Assembly (NCBI GenBank): GCA_964636085.1
Contig: CAZWPQ010000040.1
Span: forward strand, 1 to 17,324
Direction of reading: 5' to 3'
Length of the DNA: 17,324 nt
Origin: an uncultured Nitrososphaerota archaeon
GTDB taxonomy: Archaea > Asgardarchaeota > Njordarchaeia > Njordarchaeales > Panguiarchaeaceae
The position numbers were made by a program, and so were the translations under genes. The notes under the pieces are model-generated. The model saw nothing but the letters and a program-made list of their open reading frames with translations, had not been told where the DNA came from and did not search any database. How positions within the stretch are numbered: position 1 is the stretch's first letter; each line of letters starts with the position of its first letter. Shown in pieces: positions 1 to 7,773 of the stretch.

Positions 1-8
1 AGAGAGTA

Positions 9-3000
9 TTGGAATCCCGCTTCCCACAAATCGAATACAGATACCTAACCAGAGAAGAAGCAAGAGAGCTCTTCAAATTTAAAAAGAAAACAACTGGAGT
101 AGTCCTAGGATATCCAAGTAGAGCCATGGGAACGGATCAAAAAACTCAAGATAAGCAGGCAAGATATCAATTCGAAAGTGTTATGCGTAGCCTTCTCCGC
201 TCCAATTCGACTATTACAATCGTAGCTAAGCCCGTAAGAAGAGACATAGTAATTAGTGGCTTGATGGAGCTCCGTGAGTTGGCTTCGAAGATAGAGAGCC
301 GAATTAGGGGTACGGATGGATGGAGCTTTACTATCTCGCTACCAATGCTGTATGCATATACAAATCTCCTTAACACAAGTAGGGTTTTAAGCGCCACATT
401 TCAGCAAAGAATAACGGATGCGAGAAGCATTAGTAATATTAAGCAACATACAACACTATACTCAAAAACCATGTCCCAACAGATTTCTAGAGGAACGAAT
501 ATTAGTAGCACGAGGACTTGGAGCCAATCTGTCGGGGTTGTAAAATCTAAACAAATAACAATATCACAATCCGTCACAACCAGCAAGACACTAACACAGC
601 AACACAGCTTTAGCTTAATGAAACAATACCAACAATCAGTAGGGCAAACGGTAAGTTCGTCAAGGAGTGTTGGGATTAGTAAAAGTATACAAACAAGCAT
701 GGTTCGAGGGATCAGTCTAAGCAAATCTGTGGGCATGTCCACTACATTGAGCCGACAGGTTATGTTTCAGCAAAGCGATAGTTTTGTTATATCAAGAGGA
801 GAGAGTTTCGGTACTAGTTTAACTCGAGGACAAGCACTTACCCAAAGTATAACGAGAGGCAAAACTGTTGGGCATACGGAATCATCATATTCATCGGATA
901 TGTCAGGTAAAACGGAATATGATAATTTAAGTACTAGAACTGCATCGAGCACAACAACAACGGGCTCATCACATAGTGGTGGATTCAGCTTTACCCCATT
1001 TGGGATTGGTGCAAAAGCACAGTGGAGTGATTTTAAGAGCACATCTTATACATCCAGCAATACGCATTATCATGGCTACACAACATCATCGTCCCATATT
1101 GAAGGCAGTGGAAAAAGCGATACTAGGATGGATACTTTCAGCTTTATGAGAGGAGAAACAATAAGCACCAGCTTTTCCCAGCAACACATAATTTCCCAAT
1201 CCATTTCACATGGACAAACTTTTACCCGCGGGACTTCATTTTCTCAGTCCGTTGGAAGAACTGTTTCTATTGGCAGTAGTGTATCTAGTCAATATGGAAT
1301 CGCGACGGGCTGGACACAACAGAAAGTTATATCTCAGGGTGTTAGTAGTAGTGTTTCTAGGACGTATGGTGTTGCCAAGGGCACAACAATTAGTAGGGCC
1401 GTTAGTGTTGGTGTTAGTCATACCAAGGGGATAAGCCAAACTAAGGGTATTAGCTATACTAGTGTTTCGAGTTCTGGCGGGAGTAGCGGCGTGGTCATAA
1501 TTAATGTTAATACTGATGGGATTAGTTATAGTTCTGCCGTTGGGAGTGTGTATGGTGTTAATCTAGGTAGTAGTAGGAGTGTTGGCAGTGTCCAGGGTAC
1601 AGCTTATGCCAGGGGGATTGTTCATGGGGTTACTCAGAGTATTTCTGGGGGTCTTATTCCTTCCCTGGGCTTCCACCATACTAGGGAGTGGAAGAACGTT
1701 ATGTTGGAGGGGCTCGCATATTATCTTAGGGAGTTGGAGCGGAGGTATGAGGCGATGAAGAATGTTGGTGCTTGGAAGGTTTCGGTTTTTGTTAGTGGTG
1801 ATGATGAGGGTGATGTTAGGAGTATTGGTAGTGCTTTGGAGGGTGCTCTTAGGGGGCCGGTGTCTTCTCCCAGGACTGTTCGTTTCTTTATTCCCGAAAC
1901 AATGAGCCTTAGGGATTATCTTAATAAGTGTGCTCAGGTTTGTTGTAATGTCGATATTAATGATCCTAATGGCTTTGCTTTGGAGCGTAAGTTGTTGGAT
2001 GTTGTTCTTAGCACTGTTGAGTTAACTGCGTGTAGTCATTTTCCTAGGGTTGAGATACAGGGAATAAAGATCACTGAGGATATTCCCCCGATTTTCCTTC
2101 AGAGTCCTCCAGAGTTTAGTGTTGAGCCCGATCTTAGTATTGGGCGTATTATCGATGTGCATACTGGTGAGCCATCACCGATTTGGCTCAAAATCCCCAG
2201 CACTAGGTTGTTGCATATTTTGATTGCCGGCAAGACTGGTTGTGGAAAAACCAATACGGCGTTTCATTTGGTATTGCAACTATTCAGGCTAGGCTGGGAC
2301 ATAATAGTGCTCGACTGGAAGAATACTTGGCGTCAATTGCTATATCTTCTTGGCGAGGAGGAGAGGAAGAGGCTTAGGATTTATACTTTGGCTAATCCCG
2401 ATGTTGCTCCCTTAAGGATAAACTTGCTAAGACCCCCTAGGGGAGTTGGTTGGCCCGATTGGGCCGATATTGTCTCGGAGGTATTCGCATATAGCTATAT
2501 TCCGCACCCTAGGAGCAGGAGTATTGTGCGGGAGGAGCTAGATGAGTTATACATTAAGGAGACGAAGACTGGCAGGGTGCCCACTCTCAAGGATTTGTAC
2601 GAGAGTATCGAGAGGAGAATTAGTAGGACCGACCCGCGGGTTGCTGGCCGTGGTGAGATTGAGAGTCTTAATGCTGTTCGCTCTCGCCTGTGGGAGTATA
2701 CTAATAAGCATAGTAAACTCTATATGTTCAATCAGGACTCCGTGGAAATTGAGGACTTGTTTATTGAGAGAGACACTAACCGTATTGTTGTTCTGGAGAG
2801 CGCTGGGCTATACAGTAATCATAAGACATTTATACTCTCTCTCATCGCATCGGCCATATACTCATACTACATCACTAAGACACATAGGAGAGCTCGCCCA
2901 TTACTCGTGGTATTGGAGGAGGCGAATCATCTCATCCCACCAGAAAACATAATCTACGAACAATTACACGTGTATGAGTCGATATGGGAAACGATGTTTC

Positions 3001-3353
3001 GCGAGATGCGAGAGAAAAATGTATACCTAATGGCTATCGCACAGATACCATGTATGTTGCCTAGAAGCATACAGATGAACACACCATTCAAGATCCTGAT
3101 GAATTTAGGTGTAGCAGATACCACGGCTAAGGCTGATGTTGATGTGTTCTTGGAGGCGATGGGTCTAGACCCAAGATGGGATCACAGGCATGTGAAGCGT
3201 TTCGCTGAGAGAATGCCCGTTGGATGGGGTATGGTGAGGATACCATATTGGGAGAAACAATGGGATGCTTGGCCATACTTGGTGCAGTTCCCATTAGTAT
3301 TGAGGGGCAAATATCCTAGTGATGATGAGATTAAGAGGCTTGTGGAAAAGTAG
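9..3353 (+). CDS. HerA/VirB4/FtsK-superfamily P-loop ATPase (DUF87-like) with long Ser/Thr-rich insert; probably 5'-truncated by the window edge
   Basis: Walker A HILIAGKTGCGKT (~2214-2252), IIVLDWK strand, Walker B LLVVLEEAN, then REMRE and IAQIP motifs typical of HerA/VirB4/TraG ATPases. Residues ~125-550 are an S/T/G-rich alternating repeat. Confidence 0.85.
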   Translation: MESRFPQIEYRYLTREEARELFKFKKKTTGVVLGYPSRAMGTDQKTQDKQARYQFESVMRSLLRSNSTITIVAKPVRRDIVISGLMELRELASKIESRIRGTDGWSFTISLPMLYAYTNLLNTSRVLSATFQQRITDARSISNIKQHTTLYSKTMSQQISRGTNISSTRTWSQSVGVVKSKQITISQSVTTSKTLTQQHSFSLMKQYQQSVGQTVSSSRSVGISKSIQTSMVRGISLSKSVGMSTTLSRQVMFQQSDSFVISRGESFGTSLTRGQALTQSITRGKTVGHTESSYSSDMSGKTEYDNLSTRTASSTTTTGSSHSGGFSFTPFGIGAKAQWSDFKSTSYTSSNTHYHGYTTSSSHIEGSGKSDTRMDTFSFMRGETISTSFSQQHIISQSISHGQTFTRGTSFSQSVGRTVSIGSSVSSQYGIATGWTQQKVISQGVSSSVSRTYGVAKGTTISRAVSVGVSHTKGISQTKGISYTSVSSSGGSSGVVIINVNTDGISYSSAVGSVYGVNLGSSRSVGSVQGTAYARGIVHGVTQSISGGLIPSLGFHHTREWKNVMLEGLAYYLRELERRYEAMKNVGAWKVSVFVSGDDEGDVRSIGSALEGALRGPVSSPRTVRFFIPETMSLRDYLNKCAQVCCNVDINDPNGFALERKLLDVVLSTVELTACSHFPRVEIQGIKITEDIPPIFLQSPPEFSVEPDLSIGRIIDVHTGEPSPIWLKIPSTRLLHILIAGKTGCGKTNTAFHLVLQLFRLGWDIIVLDWKNTWRQLLYLLGEEERKRLRIYTLANPDVAPLRINLLRPPRGVGWPDWADIVSEVFAYSYIPHPRSRSIVREELDELYIKETKTGRVPTLKDLYESIERRISRTDPRVAGRGEIESLNAVRSRLWEYTNKHSKLYMFNQDSVEIEDLFIERDTNRIVVLESAGLYSNHKTFILSLIASAIYSYYITKTHRRARPLLVVLEEANHLIPPENIIYEQLHVYESIWETMFREMREKNVYLMAIAQIPCMLPRSIQMNTPFKILMNLGVADTTAKADVDVFLEAMGLDPRWDHRHVKRFAERMPVGWGMVRIPYWEKQWDAWPYLVQFPLVLRGKYPSDDEIKRLVEK

Positions 3354-3375
3354 GTATACTATTTGGGGTGATATT

Positions 3376-4086
3376 ATGAATCTTGACCCCGTGGATATCG
3401 TTCTCATGACCCTCCGCATAGCTGAGTGTAGTGGTCAACCTTTTTTGTTTCTCGAGCATTTGATCAGGGAATCCAAGAGGTTAGCATCGAGTATACTTAA
3501 CTATGATATCTATAGTGCAAAAGAGTTAAGAAAATCTATCTGTCCGTCTAATTTGAAGTATTTTTATCTGTCCACAGCAAGTAAGAATCTAAAGGTTTGT
3601 CTTACAGCCGAGGGGGTATCTCGGGCTGATGAGTTATTAGGCACGATAAAGTCTCCTCAAGATCTTATCGTTCAAAGGATAGAGCCCTTTGTTGTTACAT
3701 TAAAGGTAGTTTATAATTTCGCGAAGATAGACACAATAACATATTGCAGACACTACTTCCTTGTGGATGTATGTTTTATAAGAAGAGATACATTAGAAAT
3801 TGTTGATGATCCTCGAGAAGGAGACGATGCTACAGGCATTATTAGAGTAATCAGTAAATCGCTTAGAAGAGAAAGAGTAATCGTCAATAAATTAAGCCAT
3901 AAAACATTGGCGGAAGCCCCCCGCATAGCAACACTATTGCAATTTTCACTACAATACTTCGATAAAATAGCTAAAACAAACAGAATATTAGCAGAAACAC
4001 TGGCAGGACTATGTGCGATAAAGAACCTCTTTGGTTGCAAAATACACAACAAAGAAATCATATGGAACAATAGAACCCTATTTTAG
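3376..4086 (+). CDS. Hypothetical protein (236 aa), possible N-terminal winged-helix; likely co-transcribed with the ATPase
   Basis: Long ORF. ATG 3376 follows GGGGTGAT (SD), so it is preferred over the 3319 start. 'VCLTAEG' resembles a wHTH wing (weak). Confidence 0.65.
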   Translation: MNLDPVDIVLMTLRIAECSGQPFLFLEHLIRESKRLASSILNYDIYSAKELRKSICPSNLKYFYLSTASKNLKVCLTAEGVSRADELLGTIKSPQDLIVQRIEPFVVTLKVVYNFAKIDTITYCRHYFLVDVCFIRRDTLEIVDDPREGDDATGIIRVISKSLRRERVIVNKLSHKTLAEAPRIATLLQFSLQYFDKIAKTNRILAETLAGLCAIKNLFGCKIHNKEIIWNNRTLF

Positions 4087-4093
4087 CGTAAGA

Positions 4094-4101
4094 TTTATAA
4101 G
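4094..4101 (+). promoter_or_regulatory. Archaeal TATA box TTTATAAG for the 74-aa ORF (mirror copy at 5445-5452 on the minus strand)
   Basis: Consensus-like TATA in an AT-rich tract, ~30 nt before the GC-rich leader. Confidence 0.6.
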
Positions 4102-4129
4102 TATTGTGTTGATATATTTTTATTATAGC

Positions 4130-4222
4130 TGACCGGCTGGGAGTGGGGGAGTTGTGGGGAGGGCTCCCAGTCGGTATCTGCCCGCCACGGCCTCCCCTAA
4201 CCCCAAGCTAAGTGGCGGGAGA
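4130..4222 (+). ncRNA. Putative structured 5' leader RNA, copy 1 (two hairpins with complementary loops)
   Basis: Stem ACCGGCTGGGAG/CTCCCAGTCGGT (one G-U), linker ATCTG, stem CCCGCCAC/GTGGCGGG containing the GTG start. The G-rich loop 1 is complementary to the C-rich loop 2. Confidence 0.6.
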
Positions 4223-4436
4223 ACTCGAGGAATCTGAAGTGGACGAGTTGGTGTTGGAAACAATAAAGGGTATCAACGTACTAGACCACAATGATTTTCA
4301 TAATCCTCATAACTTAAACAATTTCATACAGTTGGTCGACGCATTTAGTATACTAATTAACTTTGTGCGACAGAGTAAAATAGAAATAGCATTAAGAATG
4401 AACGATGTTTTAATAGTGATAAGACCAGAGAACTAA
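4212..4436 (+). CDS. Small hypothetical protein (74 aa, acidic N-terminus)
   Basis: ORF starts at the GTG inside the repeated leader, exactly as the TFB-like gene does, and is followed by a T-tract. Confidence 0.6.
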   Translation: MAGELEESEVDELVLETIKGINVLDHNDFHNPHNLNNFIQLVDAFSILINFVRQSKIEIALRMNDVLIVIRPEN

Positions 4437-4445
4437 CAACACTAA

Positions 4446-4488
4446 TTTTTGATTTTTCTTTTTTCTTTTTCTGGAAAAAAGAAAAAGA
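4446..4488. terminator. Bidirectional oligo-T terminator between convergent genes
   Basis: T/C tract on + followed by GAAAAAAGAAAAAGA (a T tract on -), lying between the two stop codons. Confidence 0.7.
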
Positions 4489-5334
4489 TTATTGAGACAT
4501 GAGTTTTCTTGCATATCGTAAAATTGTGAATCTTGATACCCCTGATGCCTCTTCTATTATCCTTGCTGATATTCTTGATGACAAATGTTTACTTGCTAGA
4601 TACACAAGTACAGCGGCTGCTACCTTTGGCGATAGTCTACTGATATTTTTGTGTATCTTGTTGATTAGTAACAAATGCATTTGGTCAAGGATCTTTTCTT
4701 TTTTCTCTGGATTAATTGGTATCATTGTAATTATTTGTTTAGCATAGGTCAATATGTTTTCATTTCTATACCCACTATATCTATTTACAATGCTCTTTAG
4801 TTTAATAAACTTCCCCCATGTAACCTTGTATTTTGTTTTTCTTCCTATCTCGCGGAGATATCTAATTGGATTCATTGGTAGGATTGTATTAAGGTATTCG
4901 TATAGGAAAAACACCACAACATCTGTAAGTAATATTTTCTCTTTTCGTACTATGGGAAATATTTCATTAACATTCTTGAAAATAGAGTCTATATCAATAG
5001 GTATGTCAGTGCCAAGAACATTTTTTATAATATTGTACACAATTTTCTTAGTTCGGTGTTTCCAAAGTCGCTCTAAACTTCCTGCAGAGTTTTTGAATGT
5101 TTCTTTGTATGTTTCTGTGGGTGGACTGTTACGTTCCAATGTGAATTTCAAAAATCTCTTTGCCTTTTTCTTCGAAAGTATGTAGGTCTTGCCATTATAA
5201 TATATCGCGAAACCACGGGAGATGGCTTGAATAAAGCCCCATTTTGGTATTATAATTTTTTTCTCTTTATCAAGCACAAAAGCCTTTGTTACTTTCTTAA
5301 CAAATTCAGCGAGTTCGTCAAAATCTCCCGCCAC
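4489..5334 (-). CDS. Divergent TFB (TFIIB)-like cyclin-fold/HTH protein without N-terminal Zn ribbon
   Basis: C-terminus RLSPKVAAAVLVYLASKHLSSRISARIIEEASGVSRFTILRYARKL matches the TFB cyclin-repeat pattern (GRSPxxxAAAxxYxAS...TxxEVAxxxGVSxxTI). The protein has no cysteines. Confidence 0.7.
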   Translation of the reverse strand: MAGDFDELAEFVKKVTKAFVLDKEKKIIIPKWGFIQAISRGFAIYYNGKTYILSKKKAKRFLKFTLERNSPPTETYKETFKNSAGSLERLWKHRTKKIVYNIIKNVLGTDIPIDIDSIFKNVNEIFPIVRKEKILLTDVVVFFLYEYLNTILPMNPIRYLREIGRKTKYKVTWGKFIKLKSIVNRYSGYRNENILTYAKQIITMIPINPEKKEKILDQMHLLLINKIHKNISRLSPKVAAAVLVYLASKHLSSRISARIIEEASGVSRFTILRYARKLMSQ

Positions 5335-5471
5335 TTAGCTTGGGGTTAGGGGAGGCCGTGGCGGGCAGATACCGACTGGGAGCCCTCCCCACAACTCCCC
5401 CACTCCCAGCCGGTCAGCTATAATAAAAATATATCAACACAATACTTATAAATCTTACGCTAAAATAGGGT
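5324..5471 (-). repeat. Right arm of the perfect 148-bp inverted repeat (promoter plus leader copy 2 for the TFB-like gene)
   Basis: Reverse complement of 4075-4222. Confidence 0.97.
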
Positions 5472-5544
5472 CCTGTTGAGCCGAGATAGCTTATTCCTAG
5501 AACACTGTGAGATCATAATTTTTAAAAAGATTTTATTATAATTA

Positions 5545-5628
5545 TATTATTGGTGACCCCCTCTCTCAGAGGGGGGTATCTGCCCGAGTTCCCAGAGGGG
5601 GAGAGTAGATAGATCTGGGGCTCGGGAT
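5545..5628 (+). ncRNA. Diverged third copy of the structured leader, upstream of tnpB
   Basis: TATTATnGnTGACC, hairpin, GGTATCTGCCCG, hairpin, CGGGA are conserved while stem interiors differ but still pair. TATA-like TTTTTAAAAA at 5519-5528. Confidence 0.6.
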
Positions 5629-7053
5629 TTGACCGCCCACGTCTCCCCCAAACGCGTGGGCGGTAAAGGAGCACAAAAGCGGGCACGAAGCTATAGTATT
5701 TATATCGATACTGATGAGCCTACTGGTAAAGTTTTGTGGGACCTAGTAACGAGATATATGTGGCTCCTCCAATACACCATAAACTATATTAGTGCTAGGG
5801 TACGGTGGAGCGAGGAGCCTGTGGATAGCTACTACACTATTGTTGTCACTCCAGAACTCAGAACACAGTACAAGGAATACAAAAGCTATGAGGAGAAGGT
5901 AGAGAGCACGAGGAAGTGCTTGGAGATTCAGGGCAAGAGGTACGAGGAGTTCAGGCACTGGGACAAGAAGTATAGGCGATGGCTCGCCGGTTTTAGGGTG
6001 TACTATACTGCAAAACGCAGAACCCCAGAGCTCCCAGAATACAAGGAGATCTATGATGAGCTAAGGCCAAAACTACTCGAAATGTGGGGCGAATACGCAG
6101 CACACTATGTTGACTCAATAATACAGTATGCCTATAATACCGTGATGAAGTCATGGAAAGAACTCTATGAGGAAGGCATGGCGCGAAAGAAGAAGCCCGT
6201 GATGAGGAGACGCACCATTTACCTCAAAAATACGTTGTTTCGGGTGAGAGATGGAGAGCTAATAATAACGCTGATACCAAGGAAGCGTTATCTCAAGGTA
6301 CCAATAGATGGCCAGTGGTTCCTAGAACGCGTAGACGGATGGAGACTCGGTGCCGTGTTGATCAAGGAGCTTGAGCCTAGGGGGAGGTATCGAGTAATCC
6401 TCCAGTACACAAAGGAAAGGGAAAAGTTTGAACCAGAAAGTTATCTGTCAATAGACCTGAACATGGACACTATTGATTTATTGCTCTACGCACCAGGCAC
6501 AACGAAGCTATGGATAACCATAGACTGGTCGGAGCTAATTCGATGGATTAGGAAACACCACGATGAGAGATCCAAAATACAGAGTAGACTGGCCCATGCA
6601 AGGAGGGATAATCTACGGGGCGCTCTAGAGAGGTTAAGTATAAAATACCGAAACTATACCAAGGACATCGTGAACAAGACCGCCAAATACATTTTATCAC
6701 TGGCCGAGGCATATAGCGCAGTAATAATTGTCGAAGACCTAAAGAAAAATCAAATGTACAGGAATAAGGAATGGAACAAAGAGCTCCAAATGCGTCTGTG
6801 GAAGCGACTAATCCAAGAACTGAAGAAACGATGGTTCGTCAGGGAGGTAGACCCATACTGCACAACAAGAACATGTAGCAACTGCGGCTCCAAGAAAACC
6901 ATAGTCCAAGGCCTAACAGTAAAGTGTACAAAGTGCGGCATCACCATCAACCGACAGTTAAACGCATGCATAAACATAATGAAGAAAGCAACAAACATAA
7001 CCATAACAAACCAGATAAAGAGAGAAAAAATCAGCATCAAGGATATATTGTAG
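5629..7053 (+). CDS. tnpB: TnpB/Cas12f-like RNA-guided protein (IS200/IS605 OrfB family), RuvC-III Asp->Gln, possibly nuclease-dead
   Basis: RuvC-I SIDLN (D276), RuvC-II IVEDL (E369), Zn finger CSNC..CTKC, RuvC-III NRQLNACINI (Q443 where DRDxNA has D). No tnpA is adjacent. Confidence 0.88.
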   Translation: MTAHVSPKRVGGKGAQKRARSYSIYIDTDEPTGKVLWDLVTRYMWLLQYTINYISARVRWSEEPVDSYYTIVVTPELRTQYKEYKSYEEKVESTRKCLEIQGKRYEEFRHWDKKYRRWLAGFRVYYTAKRRTPELPEYKEIYDELRPKLLEMWGEYAAHYVDSIIQYAYNTVMKSWKELYEEGMARKKKPVMRRRTIYLKNTLFRVRDGELIITLIPRKRYLKVPIDGQWFLERVDGWRLGAVLIKELEPRGRYRVILQYTKEREKFEPESYLSIDLNMDTIDLLLYAPGTTKLWITIDWSELIRWIRKHHDERSKIQSRLAHARRDNLRGALERLSIKYRNYTKDIVNKTAKYILSLAEAYSAVIIVEDLKKNQMYRNKEWNKELQMRLWKRLIQELKKRWFVREVDPYCTTRTCSNCGSKKTIVQGLTVKCTKCGITINRQLNACINIMKKATNITITNQIKREKISIKDIL

Positions 7054-7055
7054 CC

Positions 7056-7367
7056 CCTGGGCCGGCTGTGTTTTTCACCCGGCCCCAATAAAGGTCTCAA
7101 CCCGAAAAGGCCGGCCCGGGGGCCTCTGGGTACTTGATACAGCGACCAACCCTGGCACCGTTACACATGGCTCCCGGGCCGGCCTAGGTGGCTGGGGTCC
7201 CGCCTGGGCCCGATGTGCGATGCCGTGCTCCCAATGAACCCAGAGGGGGACAAGGCTGAGGGCCGAAGCCGTGTGTGGGCAGTGGACAATTTTAGCATTA
7301 ATCATGATCATCGGTGTTATGTTTGTATATGTTTGTCCACAAATGTCCACATACGGCAGACCCCGAC
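7056..7367 (+). ncRNA. Putative omegaRNA/guide-RNA scaffold of the TnpB-like protein
   Basis: GC-rich block right after the stop codon, with stems 7058-7064/7079-7085, 7109-7124/7169-7184, 7186-7191/7200-7205 and 7268-7289/7333-7357 (several G-U pairs). Possible pseudoknot 7194-7199/7359-7364. Confidence 0.7.
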
Positions 7368-7381
7368 TTGTGATGTTAGCC

Positions 7382-7773
7382 CCAGTGGTTTTCTTTACTC
7401 TTAAAATATGCTATCGAGGAAATCGAGAAGCATCGTAACGAAATTTGTAGAAGAGTCGGCTTAGATGAAGAAAGTTTCAATTACATTCTATCTAGCATTA
7501 TTCTTCCTGAACTTAGACTCGTGGAAATAACCAACCAACATATTATTGAGAAAGCAAAACAGATATCCATGAGGTTTGATCCAGATGACTATCCATTCAT
7601 AGCACTTGCACTAGAATTAGACGTTGCAATCTGGACAAATGATAAAGCAATTATCAAGTGTAGTTTGACAACCAATCAGTTTTTAGCAGTTGATACCCAA
7701 TCCCTAGAATATCTACTAAAATGAAAAAAATATAGATCATATCAAAAACGAGCTAAAGAAAAAGTATCTCTAA
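7382..7773 (+). pseudogene. PIN-domain (VapC-like) nuclease pseudogene, N-terminus missing
   Basis: YAIEEIEKH...DPDDYPFIALALELDVAIWTNDK is a PIN motif. There is no N-terminal DTN motif, an apparent frameshift near 7405, a premature TGA at 7722-7724 and a frameshifted tail ending in TAA at 7773. Confidence 0.75.

Larger units (their letters stand above)
4075..4222 (+). repeat. Left arm of a perfect 148-bp inverted repeat (TATA box, structured leader and first codons)
   Basis: Base-for-base reverse complement of 5324-5471, checked by eye. Confidence 0.97.

Noticed and set aside
1810-1819. GTGATGTTAG match to the predicted guide
   Set aside because: Only 10 nt, with mismatches at the first two guide positions; compatible with chance.
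4130-4222. tRNA or hammerhead ribozyme
   Set aside because: No cloverleaf or T-loop, and no CUGANGA/GAAA core.
5591-7250. 12-bp direct repeat CCCAGAGGGGGA at 5591-5602 and 7239-7250 as a TSD or IS ends
   Set aside because: Both copies lie inside structured GC-rich elements, and IS605-type elements do not make TSDs; probably chance.
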